DNA of 64,000 nt from a virus. This document shows positions 55,078 to 64,000 of the stretch, piece after piece (within the stretch, counting starts at the first letter, position 1; every line of letters begins with the position of its first letter). A model generated the notes under the pieces. That model saw only the letters and a list, made by a program, of their open reading frames with translations, did no database searches and had not been told where the DNA came from. The DNA is taken from the IMG/VR virus record IMGVR_UViG_3300002091_000022; one strand, written 5' to 3'. A program made the position numbers and the translations under genes.

Positions 55078-56997
55078 ATGTCACATTTATTAACATCTGG
55101 ACAAGTCGGTAACATTGGTCTTAACCACATGAAACAAATCCGTCAAGAAACACAAGCTAAATGGAACAGCTTAGGATTCTTGGATGGCCTTAAGGGTCAC
55201 GTTAAAGAAAACATCGCTCAATTGTATGAGAACCAAGCGTCTATGCTTTTAAGCGAAGCTACTACATCAACATCATCTGGTTCTTTCGAAACAGTTGTAT
55301 TCCCAATTGTACGTAGAGTTTTCTCTAAATTATTAGCTAATGACGTTGTATCCGTACAAGCTATGAACATGCCAATTGGTAAATTGTTCTTCTTCGTTCC
55401 ACAAACATCTAGCCGTGTAGACAGTACAGGTGCTGCTGGTAATGATTATGCAACAACTCCATACGGTCAAACTTTCTCAGCACAAACTGGTCTTAACGGT
55501 GCGCACAATGGTAACCCTACTGCTGCTGCTCTTCCACTTGCTGCTGCTAGTAATGGTACCCCAATTACACAATGGATGGCTAAGAATATGTACGATATAT
55601 TCTATAATGATGGTCTTTTCGATAACTCTAAGGGTACATTGACTATTAAGTATATGAATGGTATTACATACGGTAACGCATGGGTATTTGATAACAATAG
55701 TAAGCTTACTGCTGCTAGTGCATCTACTGTATCTCTTCCAACAGCAACTGATGGTACAATTAGAGAAGTTATTATCGGTGTAACTGGTTTCACAGGTGGT
55801 GCTGGTGCCCTTAACGGTACTGAAGTATTAACTGGTCCAGACGGTAACAACATGGATACTGAATCTTTCCTTGCTTCATTGAAAGTAGTTGCTACAAATG
55901 CAATTTTAGACCAAGACGGTAACACAATTATCGCTGCTGGTGGTGAAATTCCATTCCGTTTAGTAACACAACAATACGGTAAAGCTATTGTACAAAATAA
56001 CACAACTATCAACAACTCTAATAACTGGGGTGGTACTTCTAAAGCACCTAACTTAGTTAATCCAAACGGTGTATTATACATTGGTTTAGACCTTAGACAC
56101 CCAGTTGGTACAAGTGCTGCTGCTTTAGTTAGCAATGGTACATCAACATACGATGGTTACGTAGGTGCTTCTGGTACTACTGCTGCTATCGTTACAGCTA
56201 TCGCTCCAGTTATTGCTTGGGCTGAATACGCTTCATTAGAACTTGAAACAGAACTTGGTGAAGTTTCATTTACTCTTCAAGAAGTAGTAGTTGCGGTAGA
56301 AGAAAGAAAATTAAGAGCAACTTGGTCTCCAGAATTAGCTCAAGACGTTAGTGCATTCCACAACATTGATGCTGAAGCTGAATTAACAGCAATGTTATCA
56401 GAACAAGTAGCTGCTGAAATTGACCGTGAAATCCTTAGAGATTTACGTAAAGCTGCTGCATGGCAATTACGTTGGGATTACAATGGTTGGAGAAAAGCTT
56501 CTTCAGCTGCGAGCCCATACACTCAAAAAGACTGGAACCAAACTCTTATTACTAGAGTAAACCAAATTTCAGCTCAAATACACAAATCAACTCTTCGTGG
56601 TGGTGCAAACTTCATCATTGTATCTTCTGAAATTTCAGCGATATTCGATGACCTTGAATATTTCCACGTAAGTGATGCTAATCCAGAACAAGATACTTAC
56701 AACATGGGTATTGAAAGAATTGGTACATTAAGCGGACGTTATCAAGTATACCGTGACCCTTATGCTCCAGCATATTCAATCATTATCGGTCACAAGGGTA
56801 AATCATTGTTAGATACTGGTTACATTTACGCACCATACGTGCCATTGCAACTTACACCTACAATGTACAATCCATTTAACTTCGCTCCAGTTAAAGGTAT
56901 CATGACTCGTTATGCGAAAAAAGTTGTGAATAATAGGTTCTATGGTCACCTAAGAGTTGATGGTGTTGTAACATTCAACATCAACGAATTAAGATAA
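55078..56997 (+). CDS. major capsid protein (T4 gp23-like)
   Basis: FPIVRRVFSKLLANDVVSVQAM; RKLRATWSPELAQD; EIDREI; YAPYVPL; GIMTRY. Confidence 0.96.
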   Translation: MSHLLTSGQVGNIGLNHMKQIRQETQAKWNSLGFLDGLKGHVKENIAQLYENQASMLLSEATTSTSSGSFETVVFPIVRRVFSKLLANDVVSVQAMNMPIGKLFFFVPQTSSRVDSTGAAGNDYATTPYGQTFSAQTGLNGAHNGNPTAAALPLAAASNGTPITQWMAKNMYDIFYNDGLFDNSKGTLTIKYMNGITYGNAWVFDNNSKLTAASASTVSLPTATDGTIREVIIGVTGFTGGAGALNGTEVLTGPDGNNMDTESFLASLKVVATNAILDQDGNTIIAAGGEIPFRLVTQQYGKAIVQNNTTINNSNNWGGTSKAPNLVNPNGVLYIGLDLRHPVGTSAAALVSNGTSTYDGYVGASGTTAAIVTAIAPVIAWAEYASLELETELGEVSFTLQEVVVAVEERKLRATWSPELAQDVSAFHNIDAEAELTAMLSEQVAAEIDREILRDLRKAAAWQLRWDYNGWRKASSAASPYTQKDWNQTLITRVNQISAQIHKSTLRGGANFIIVSSEISAIFDDLEYFHVSDANPEQDTYNMGIERIGTLSGRYQVYRDPYAPAYSIIIGHKGKSLLDTGYIYAPYVPLQLTPTMYNPFNFAPVKGIMTRYAKKVVNNRFYGHLRVDGVVTFNINELR

Positions 56998-57015
56998 TAC
57001 AAATCTTTAAAATAA

Positions 57016-57046
57016 TAAAAAGGTCAGATTTTTTCTGACCTTTTTT
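57016..57046 (+). terminator. intrinsic terminator after MCP
   Basis: aaaaaggtcag-N5-ctgacctttttt. Confidence 0.8.
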
Positions 57047-57142
57047 ATTTTAAATACTCGACTTTATAAACTATTATACGTGAAATAAACAAAAAGCTCA
57101 GCATATGGTGGGCTTTTTTGTTTTATCAAATATTTATAAAAT

Positions 57143-57670
57143 ATGAAAAGTCTTATTAAGAAATTACTTAAGGAAAATTTAACTAGAAACTCAATTGAAG
57201 AATTTTTATCTAATAAACCATTAATTATTAAGAATTCTAAAATAAAAGGTTTTTTATATCATGGAACACAAATTGAACCTAGTGAATTTAAACTTAGTGA
57301 CGATTACAATGCTAGTGAAGAAACAGGTAATGGTTCTTATATGACTAACATACCAGATGGTGTTATATTTTTAACTAATGATATTAAAGAAGCATTAGCA
57401 TATGGTAGATATATAATACCTTGCGAATTACAGGTAAAGCATGTTAAAATCTTTAAAATTAACTCAAATTCCCCATCAATAGTTTGGGATGATGATTTTT
57501 CTGGGTACTCAAACTATGGGATGTATTCAGCCCTCGAAGAAAATGAAGTTGTAGTTGTTAAAGGTATTAGTAAATCAACTTATGTTGCATATGTAAGTAC
57601 AGTAATTCCAAGAATAGACTTAGCATTAGAATATTATAATAATGAAAAAAACGATAAAAATATTACTTAG
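57143..57670 (+). CDS. putative ADP-ribosyltransferase-fold protein (IKKLLKE tag)
   Basis: LYHGT..F..G..GVIFLT.D...A..YG..I pattern; ATATTTAT at 57130. Confidence 0.55.
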   Translation: MKSLIKKLLKENLTRNSIEEFLSNKPLIIKNSKIKGFLYHGTQIEPSEFKLSDDYNASEETGNGSYMTNIPDGVIFLTNDIKEALAYGRYIIPCELQVKHVKIFKINSNSPSIVWDDDFSGYSNYGMYSALEENEVVVVKGISKSTYVAYVSTVIPRIDLALEYYNNEKNDKNIT

Positions 57671-58505
57671 AGAGGAGATTCAAGGATTCATGTTACGGGT
57701 TCTACAGAAGGAAGGTGCTAGATGTTTTCCTAAATTAATCTATACTGAGAATCCAGAACCAATGTTTTACCCAAATGGTGAAAATGGACAGGCGTATAAT
57801 GAAAAAGAATTTAAAACTTTATTGGCCGAAGCTAAAATAGATAAAGTCATTATCTGGTTAAAAAGTCTTAATAGGATTACTAAACTTGAAAGTTCTAAAA
57901 GTACGCTATCAAAGTATATTACACTAAAAAACGGAAAAAAAATTAGACTTTCGGACCACAAAACTAAAAAATGGACTGATGGTATAGATATTGTTGTAAC
58001 TTGGGATTCACATCAACAAGAAATAGTTGATACTTTTGATGAGTTGTTTAACGGTGATAATCCAAAAATAAAATCACCAGTACAAGTGGAGCCAGTTTTA
58101 TTATCGGCTGAAAAACTTGCACACGCAAGAGTTGTTGAAAAAGAAGGGTTAAAATATTTTCCATATTTAAAATTTAAAAGGACTATTCTTGGCGGTGGGA
58201 AGAAAACCCATCTTAGATTTTTTAAAACTGGTAATGATAAAGGGTCTTACTCAATTGAAGGATTTAAAAAATTATTGGCTTCAACTAAGATTAATTTTAT
58301 TGTAGAACATCTTAAGAGTTGGGGTAAAGTTAAAAATCTTGTTTATTCAAATACGACTAATTCAGTATATTTTACATATGTTCCTAATGGGCAACCTATT
58401 AGGTTATCTGACCACGCTAAATCAACTTTTGAGGGTTTGGATATACTAGTACTATGGGATACTAATATTAATGAAATTGTTGATAAATTTAAAGAACTAA
58501 AATAA
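57642..58505 (+). CDS. tandem-duplicated IRLSDH-domain protein (IKILLRE tag)
   Basis: Two ~135-aa repeats: KIRLSDH..DIVVTWD and PIRLSDH..DILVLWD. Confidence 0.75.
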   Translation: MKKTIKILLREEIQGFMLRVLQKEGARCFPKLIYTENPEPMFYPNGENGQAYNEKEFKTLLAEAKIDKVIIWLKSLNRITKLESSKSTLSKYITLKNGKKIRLSDHKTKKWTDGIDIVVTWDSHQQEIVDTFDELFNGDNPKIKSPVQVEPVLLSAEKLAHARVVEKEGLKYFPYLKFKRTILGGGKKTHLRFFKTGNDKGSYSIEGFKKLLASTKINFIVEHLKSWGKVKNLVYSNTTNSVYFTYVPNGQPIRLSDHAKSTFEGLDILVLWDTNINEIVDKFKELK

Positions 58506-59002
58506 TGAAGATACTAGAAATATTTAATCGACTAACTGAGGAACATTCATGTAAAAATATAAAATATACTGAAGAAATCGCCAATGAAGCAAGGAAATAT
58601 AATTCAGACGAAGAATTACTTAGAGCTGGTGGTTTCTCAATTGAATCTTTAGATAGATTAGCCTTTGGTTTTGCTGATTCTGACGTTAAAACACTTATGC
58701 CAAATCAATTAAAAATCAAATGGAAGCAAGATTGGGAAAATGTTAAACAGGAACAATTAAATAGTCGTCTGTCAAAATTACAATACGCTAAAAAGATTAA
58801 CTTAGCTGAACCTATTGACGTAGTTTATGAGAAAGGTAATTTCTATGTTGATGATGGGCATCATAGATTATTTGCTGCTAAGGTTTTAAATAAACCTTTA
58901 AATGTGAATCTATCTATTGAAGAATCACCCTTTAGACATTTAAATTATGACTATGACCAATATCATAGATGTGTTTTTAACATCGTTAAATCAACTAAAT
59001 AG
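58505..59002 (+). CDS. ParB/Srx-like domain protein
   Basis: EPIDVV....FYVDDGHHRLFAA. Confidence 0.72.
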   Translation: MKILEIFNRLTEEHSCKNIKYTEEIANEARKYNSDEELLRAGGFSIESLDRLAFGFADSDVKTLMPNQLKIKWKQDWENVKQEQLNSRLSKLQYAKKINLAEPIDVVYEKGNFYVDDGHHRLFAAKVLNKPLNVNLSIEESPFRHLNYDYDQYHRCVFNIVKSTK

Positions 59003-59255
59003 TTTCACTTTCGTGATACCACATTTCATTCTTACTATTGTCATAATCAATTTTATCCTTAACATATTTGATAAATGATTTAGATATATCATTACCTTCT
59101 AGTTCTGTTACCTCTAATTCCCAATAATTATCATCATTTTCGTCAGCTTCAAATTTGTCAGTATTTTCAATAATTTCTGATACTAATGTACCCGAATACT
59201 TTTTTTCAAATGCTAATGCAGCATAATCATCACCACTAATATATAATACTTTCAT
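58995..59255 (-). CDS. acidic hypothetical protein
   Basis: Host-type TATATTTG about 10 nt upstream on the minus strand. Confidence 0.7.
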   Translation of the reverse strand: MKVLYISGDDYAALAFEKKYSGTLVSEIIENTDKFEADENDDNYWELEVTELEGNDISKSFIKYVKDKIDYDNSKNEMWYHESETI

Positions 59256-59313
59256 TGTTTTTAATGCAAATATACTAAATAAATTAACACTTGCAAATTT
59301 TTTTAAAAAATAA

Positions 59314-59340
59314 AAAAGCTGAGTAAAATCTCAGCTTTTT
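59314..59340. terminator. bidirectional terminator
   Basis: aaaaagctgag-taaaat-ctcagcttttt. Confidence 0.8.
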
Positions 59341-59368
59341 ATTGTTACGTTATCTCTAGTTATTTTTA

Positions 59369-60313
59369 TTACGCTTTACTTCCGCAAGCTGGACAGAACT
59401 TATATTCTGCTTTTTGTTTAGTACCACAATTTGGACAATATCTTTTAATATTTAAATCCTCTACTGTATTAACCTTTTGTGAGATTGGTAATAATTTATA
59501 TTCAACTGTATGGAATGCCCATTGATTGAATGACTTATTAACAGTCTGTAATTTTTGTTCTGAAGTAGAACCAAGTTCAACACGTCCTGTTTCAATTGAT
59601 TTAGATTCTTTACTTGCTGACCTAAGTTTAGCCTTTTTAACAGGTTCACCACTTAATGACGCTGATGCTCCGAATCCATTGGGATTACTTAAATAACTGC
59701 TAGAAGAACTACCAACATTTAAGGTACCATTACTAGTATTAGTAAATGATAAATTACCGCTTTGTCCACCAGCTGTATTTGAAAAATAAGTACTAGTTTT
59801 CATATTAGTACCCCCATAACTTCCTGACGTAGATGTAAATGTACTTATGTTAGGGTTATAACATGTTCCACTATTATAAAGACCGCCAGTAAACCAAGGT
59901 GTTGGGTTGGATATTGTTATTGTGCTACATCCACCATTATATATAAATGGTTTTTGTTCGTAGAAAAACTCTACTTTGAAGTCACCGTTTTTTTCGATAG
60001 CTTTCTTTACTTCTGAAGTATTGGATACTTCATAAACATCGAACTTGAATTTGTTTGCAACGTCTATATAACGGTCAAGGAAGACTCTCTCACCAGGTCT
60101 TAATACAAGACCACCCTGTGATATTATCTTTGAGTTAAGATAGATTTTTGCTAAAATTGATTCTGATGTTGGATTGAAAAGTTCAATTTGAAATTCCTGA
60201 CCCTTATCCAAGAAGTAAGTTGGGTCGTTGTCTTTGTTGTAGACTTTAATTCTTGATTTGTTAATACAAATCTGTGCTGTGGGCATCGAAGGCCCTGAGA
60301 TTGTTTGTTTCAT
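59369..60313 (-). CDS. zinc-ribbon protein with S/T/G-rich linker
   Basis: C-terminal CPNCG..FCPACG; ~105-nt leader after ATATTTAT at 60420-60427. Confidence 0.78.
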   Translation of the reverse strand: MKQTISGPSMPTAQICINKSRIKVYNKDNDPTYFLDKGQEFQIELFNPTSESILAKIYLNSKIISQGGLVLRPGERVFLDRYIDVANKFKFDVYEVSNTSEVKKAIEKNGDFKVEFFYEQKPFIYNGGCSTITISNPTPWFTGGLYNSGTCYNPNISTFTSTSGSYGGTNMKTSTYFSNTAGGQSGNLSFTNTSNGTLNVGSSSSSYLSNPNGFGASASLSGEPVKKAKLRSASKESKSIETGRVELGSTSEQKLQTVNKSFNQWAFHTVEYKLLPISQKVNTVEDLNIKRYCPNCGTKQKAEYKFCPACGSKA

Positions 60314-60457
60314 TTTTTTTTTAACTTTTAATTTTTTATTATGTACTAACTTCTTCGTTGCCTAAACAACTCTAAACCTATTTCTGGTCGAAGCCAATAC
60401 GTGAGTTAACGTAACAATTATAAATATAGCGTAAAAATTTTTTTTGTCAAGTAAATT

Positions 60458-60790
60458 TTACCAAGAAATAAATTTTTCTTTACTAAACTTCATCCAACCA
60501 TTGTTTTTAGGTGGTTCAGATTCATTTTCAATGATAACTTTTACATCCTTCTGGTCACTATAGCTTTTGGCCGATTCCAGAACAAACATCTTAAGACTCT
60601 CTTCATCAAAAGGATTTGAGTCACCAAGACAAATGTAAATTTCATTTTTTGTGGGGTGGTAATATGTATTACCATATTCACCGAAACAAACTAGTTCGAT
60701 ACCCATAGCAAATTTTGTAAGCTTCTTAATATCAATCTTACATTTATCAGTGCTTTCTCTTAATAGAGTAGTAATTATTTTTTTATCCAT
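60458..60790 (-). CDS. hypothetical late protein (IITTLLRES tag)
   Basis: Coupled to the upstream structural gene. Confidence 0.7.
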   Translation of the reverse strand: MDKKIITTLLRESTDKCKIDIKKLTKFAMGIELVCFGEYGNTYYHPTKNEIYICLGDSNPFDEESLKMFVLESAKSYSDQKDVKVIIENESEPPKNNGWMKFSKEKFISW

Positions 60791-62184
60791 TATTGAAACG
60801 TTCTTGTGTTTGATTCGCTTACAATATCAAAGTTAATAACATTCTTTAAAGTGGTTACTTCAAGATTGCTTTCAACTAAAATATCTAAGTAATATGTGTT
60901 AGGTAATAAGCTGGCGGTATCAAGTAAAAAATATTGATAATTAGTCGCCTTTTCTATTGGTTGGAAATCAATAACTGTGACTTCATTTCTACCTTCAGTT
61001 ACATATAATCTGTATTGGATATTAGAAATGTTCTGAGTCTGAGCAACAGTATAAGGTATCCTTTGATTAACTATAATTTTTCTTATATCACCACGAAGAA
61101 TTCTATCTTGTTTTCTTATACCAGCGATTGATACAGCGACTGATTTTGGGCCTATATCATTAGCTCCAATGTCGTAGTAGCCTAAGCTATCTTTTATCTC
61201 AAAATTGAGGTTAATATCGGGTCTAGTGACACCATTGATTACTATTGGTGTCCAGATGTCATTAAACAAATATCCATCACTTCCTTGTGCTGAAGTAATT
61301 GTTAAATCAACTGAATAAACACCTTTAGTTACTTGTTGAACAATTGGTGTTGAGAAAGCATTAATCAAGTTACCGCTATTATCAAAAATATTAACATTTG
61401 GTAATGAATCAAGGTTTGTTGGTTCACCGCCAAGATTAACGTATAGATAAAGTTTATTAGGCTTATCTAAGAAGAAATTATTTCTATCATCTGATATATG
61501 GTTATTATAGATTGTTTCAATATAAGGTTCGTAGAATGTTTGAGTATTTCTAGTAAAAAACCCTACATATTGTACTGTAGTTGCTGTAATTGATTCTAAT
61601 CTTGGGATGAATGCTACACCAAGGCCGTAATTTGGCGCACCGCCTAATACTGAATTAACGTAAGATGTTACATCTATTGATATATTTTCATTGCCAGCAT
61701 CGAAATGTTGACTACCGATTACGGTTGGTGAGCCAGAATATACACCGTTAACACTCCAACTAGTAGCAGTCTGTGCGCTAAACCAATTAGATGGTGTCAT
61801 TGCAAATGCCGCATTACCGTATAAGAAATCAGAGACCTCAAAATCATAGCCAACACCTTCATCAAATGGTTGTGTTAAAGCAAACACGATTAAATCAAAT
61901 GAAGATGCCCTAGACATTCCATTAAAGTTACCATTCAATAAAGACTTATCAAATGCACCAGTATTGGTCATTTTAAGCGTATGCGTTAACTTTGTTGTAT
62001 CTGGGAATGTACCGTTAGTATGTAAACTAACTAGTTTTGTTTCATCAAAATGAAATATAAAACGACTAAAAACGTTTGGGTTCACACCACCATAAAATAG
62101 TTGTGTTATTGGGTTTAATCCAGTGTTTATATAGCTGTTACTAATAAGTGTATTGTCTTTATCGAAATAGGTTTTTACTACCAT
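60790..62184 (-). CDS. putative virion structural (baseplate/tail-associated) protein
   Basis: Beta-rich, S/T/N-rich; ATATTTAT at 62203-62210; adjacent to the gp5-like gene. Confidence 0.6.
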   Translation of the reverse strand: MVVKTYFDKDNTLISNSYINTGLNPITQLFYGGVNPNVFSRFIFHFDETKLVSLHTNGTFPDTTKLTHTLKMTNTGAFDKSLLNGNFNGMSRASSFDLIVFALTQPFDEGVGYDFEVSDFLYGNAAFAMTPSNWFSAQTATSWSVNGVYSGSPTVIGSQHFDAGNENISIDVTSYVNSVLGGAPNYGLGVAFIPRLESITATTVQYVGFFTRNTQTFYEPYIETIYNNHISDDRNNFFLDKPNKLYLYVNLGGEPTNLDSLPNVNIFDNSGNLINAFSTPIVQQVTKGVYSVDLTITSAQGSDGYLFNDIWTPIVINGVTRPDINLNFEIKDSLGYYDIGANDIGPKSVAVSIAGIRKQDRILRGDIRKIIVNQRIPYTVAQTQNISNIQYRLYVTEGRNEVTVIDFQPIEKATNYQYFLLDTASLLPNTYYLDILVESNLEVTTLKNVINFDIVSESNTRTFQ

Positions 62185-62219
62185 AAAATGTCTCTTTATA
62201 CTATAAATATCACAAAATC

Positions 62220-63200
62220 TTAGTTTATTCGTATATTCTTAGATAACATTCTATTTTCAAGATTCTCAGCATTCTTCTTAAATTCACGTACATCTTGAGT
62301 TACACCACCAATAACTAAATCGGTTGGTGCCATACCATTATTATTGTGAACATGATTCAAGAAAGCTTTCTTAAGTAATACAAGATACTGCAACTGAATA
62401 TCGCCGAATGCTAACTGATGTGCATTATCTAAAATGTTTAGAATTTCTTCATTACTTAACAAATCATCTTGGTTAGTTAAATTAAATCTAGGTGAACCAT
62501 CTTGGTGTGTTAATAAATTAATTTTATTACCTATAATATTGGTAACTGTACCAATTGTTTGTTGTGTATTTGAAGTTTGTCTTGTTAGTGGAACATTATT
62601 TCTAATTTGAATATAACCTTGCGTGGTATTATTAAATTGAAATGGGTAAGGATTGTTTTTGTTTGGTTGAGATTCAACAAACTTACCAGCTCTAATAACA
62701 ACTTCATTTTTCTTAAAGGTTAAATCGGTATTGTATCGGCCTTGAATTGAAATATCGTCACCTGATGGAAATACGCCTTTTAACGCTGGAATTCGATTAA
62801 CATCAACAGGTGGTGTTAGAAATGCAAATGTAAAGGGGCTTAATGCCGTTGTTTCAAGTGGGTCGAGATTTAATTTATCGGATGTTGAAATAATAGGACC
62901 AAAATAAAGTCTATCACTATGGGTTTTTTGTTTATCGAATATAATAACGAATACCCCTTCACCAACCTTTGGAGTTACGGAAAAGAATTTAGGTATCATT
63001 GGAAAAGCCCAAGCTAAATCATTGGTTGAGATACCATTGTCGCCGCCTTTCTGAGCTGGGCCAGGAATTCTAACCTTAATCCTACCCATAGAATTAGGGT
63101 CGTCAACACTTTCAACCACACCCATTTGAATCACTCTCATGGTATCCGATTGTACTATCGCATTAGGTTGGTTAGATATGTATTTATTCTGGCCGCTCAT
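62220..63200 (-). CDS. baseplate hub/spike protein with gp5-like OB-fold
   Basis: GVVESVDDPNSMGRIKVRIPG..WAFPMIP...PKVGEGVFV. Confidence 0.8.
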   Translation of the reverse strand: MSGQNKYISNQPNAIVQSDTMRVIQMGVVESVDDPNSMGRIKVRIPGPAQKGGDNGISTNDLAWAFPMIPKFFSVTPKVGEGVFVIIFDKQKTHSDRLYFGPIISTSDKLNLDPLETTALSPFTFAFLTPPVDVNRIPALKGVFPSGDDISIQGRYNTDLTFKKNEVVIRAGKFVESQPNKNNPYPFQFNNTTQGYIQIRNNVPLTRQTSNTQQTIGTVTNIIGNKINLLTHQDGSPRFNLTNQDDLLSNEEILNILDNAHQLAFGDIQLQYLVLLKKAFLNHVHNNNGMAPTDLVIGGVTQDVREFKKNAENLENRMLSKNIRIN

Positions 63201-63377
63201 TTATTTTCCTTTTAATCTTCTTTGGATTATTTCATTTGCTCTAGTGAATTCTTTTTCAAGTTCAACTAAGTTGTCATAATCTTTAATCATTTTAATTTTT
63301 AAAGCTTCATGGTCCGCTTGAAGTTGTTTAATAAAAAACAATATTTCATTGTTTGATTTTTGTTCTAAATCTTCCAT
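63201..63377 (-). CDS. 58-aa coiled-coil protein (not in ORF track)
   Basis: MEDLEQKSNNEILFFIKQLQADHEALKIKMIKDYD...RRLKGK; abuts both neighbours. Confidence 0.7.
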   Translation of the reverse strand: MEDLEQKSNNEILFFIKQLQADHEALKIKMIKDYDNLVELEKEFTRANEIIQRRLKGK

Positions 63378-63379
63378 GT

Positions 63380-63829
63380 TTAACGTATTACACCGCTACC
63401 AACGGCAATGTTAGTTGTAACACCATTTGATATTACTGGAACACCGAGATTACCGATACCAATGGTGGTGACTGAGATTCCTGGTGGAATAGCTATTTCA
63501 ATTTTAGCCTCAGTTAATAAAGCGTTAACAATCTCCTCAATTCTAATTAATTCCATCGCTTGTGCGGTATTAGGTCCATCTCCAAAGACATCACCAACTA
63601 CTAATCCAGCCTCAGATTGTCTTGATATAATCCTAGATGCAATTTCACCAGCTGTAATACCAGACCTTAGATTTGCACCAGTAACTAATAGTGGTGGTGG
63701 TAATGGTGTAACAGGCGTATTTGGGATAGCAAATGCTGAATTAATAATACTTAAAATACCACTTATTGAACCCATACTTATAGTATTAGTTGTGGAACTT
63801 GATTGTCTATTTGTGTTTACTTCGCTCAT
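63380..63829 (-). CDS. hypothetical baseplate-region protein
   Basis: 149-aa ORF coupled to neighbours. Confidence 0.72.
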   Translation of the reverse strand: MSEVNTNRQSSSTTNTISMGSISGILSIINSAFAIPNTPVTPLPPPLLVTGANLRSGITAGEIASRIISRQSEAGLVVGDVFGDGPNTAQAMELIRIEEIVNALLTEAKIEIAIPPGISVTTIGIGNLGVPVISNGVTTNIAVGSGVIR

Positions 63830-64000
63830 AATAAGTTTTGGATTTGTCTTAATACATCTTGAGGAACACCAAATAAGCTCAATAACTGTGATTGAGAAAG
63901 GCTGTTTTTTTCAATTTGTCTTTTAATTACCGCTTCGCTTACCAACTTCTCAATTTCTTTTAAAGCTAGGTTAAGTAATAACTTTATTATTTGGCCACCA
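63826..64000 (-). CDS. partial CDS (5' end outside window)
   Basis: Open frame ...LLNLALKEIEK...QIQNLL*; TGA overlaps the ATG at 63829. Confidence 0.65.
   Translation of the reverse strand, partial: GGQIIKLLLNLALKEIEKLVSEAVIKRQIEKNSLSQSQLLSLFGVPQDVLRQIQNLL

Larger units (their letters stand above)
7800..62210. promoter_or_regulatory. Putative late promoter motif ATATTTAT (18 gene-proximal copies)
   Basis: Plus: 25783, 28809, 29497, 31909, 38249, 41719, 41993, 46730, 50915, 52809, 53570, 57130. Minus: 7800, 22598, 28097, 33725, 60420, 62203. All are oriented toward a nearby downstream start codon. Confidence 0.75.

Noticed and set aside
1116-63926. Overlapping antisense or alternate-frame ORFs in the track (e.g. 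1116-1514, 12258-12482, 29808-30347, 34841-35128, 43136-43561, 54117-54750, 55602-56135, 63408-63926)
   Set aside because: They shadow well-supported genes, lack promoter or leader motifs, and show the biased composition expected from the opposite strand of real CDSs.
1-64000. Stop-codon reassignment (alternative genetic code, as in some Bacteroidota phages)
   Set aside because: Long conserved genes (terminase, portal, MCP, ClpC, ThyA) are intact under the standard code, and TAG, TGA and TAA all end genes at sensible positions.
1-64000. Integrase, transposase or reverse transcriptase (DGR/retron) explaining cassette mobility
   Set aside because: No tyrosine or serine recombinase, DDE or RT motifs were recognised in this window. 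Any such enzyme would have to lie elsewhere, or shuffling is by homologous recombination.

Overview
This 64-kb window comes from a large, AT-rich, T4-like (myovirus-type) phage, most likely infecting Bacteroidota. The host inference rests on TTTG-N19-20-TAnnTTTG promoters, no Shine-Dalgarno motifs and SSC lipoboxes. There are four zones. (1) 1-19.1 kb is an array of about 45 short, mostly unknown ORFs. Nearly every one is preceded by its own copy of a ~55-60 bp promoter/leader repeat (about 38-40 copies by manual count; consensus aaaataaaTTTGgtggtatcaaaaatasyccTATMTTTGtatcctaaattaaaygttATG). The -7 box lies exactly 18 nt before the ATG in more than 20 copies, and several copies carry a covarying GNRA hairpin between the two promoter boxes. 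(2) 19.05-19.3 kb is a boundary element: an inverted pair of perfect DnaA boxes, an ORF-less promoter, five C-runs (G-quadruplex potential on the minus strand) and A/T tracts. (3) 19.3-41.7 kb holds metabolism and host-interaction genes: DHFR, ThyA, RNA ligase, Pnkp, Pth2, nucleotidyltransferase, thioredoxin, LRR protein, YkuK-like, ABC-ATPase/GNAT, ClpC, KTSC, GT2, LpxH-like and VWA. (4) 41.7-64 kb is a T4-like head module (terminase, portal, prohead protease, scaffold, major capsid), followed by candidate packaged effectors and baseplate genes on the minus strand. The most notable observations are the repeat-delimited promoter-gene cassette array, two candidate -1 frameshifts (T9 and A10), a second promoter class (ATATTTAT), a shared N-terminal IKxLLRE tag on unrelated late proteins, and a three-way-junction RNA with its own promoter. 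All product calls come from manual motif recognition; no database searches were run.
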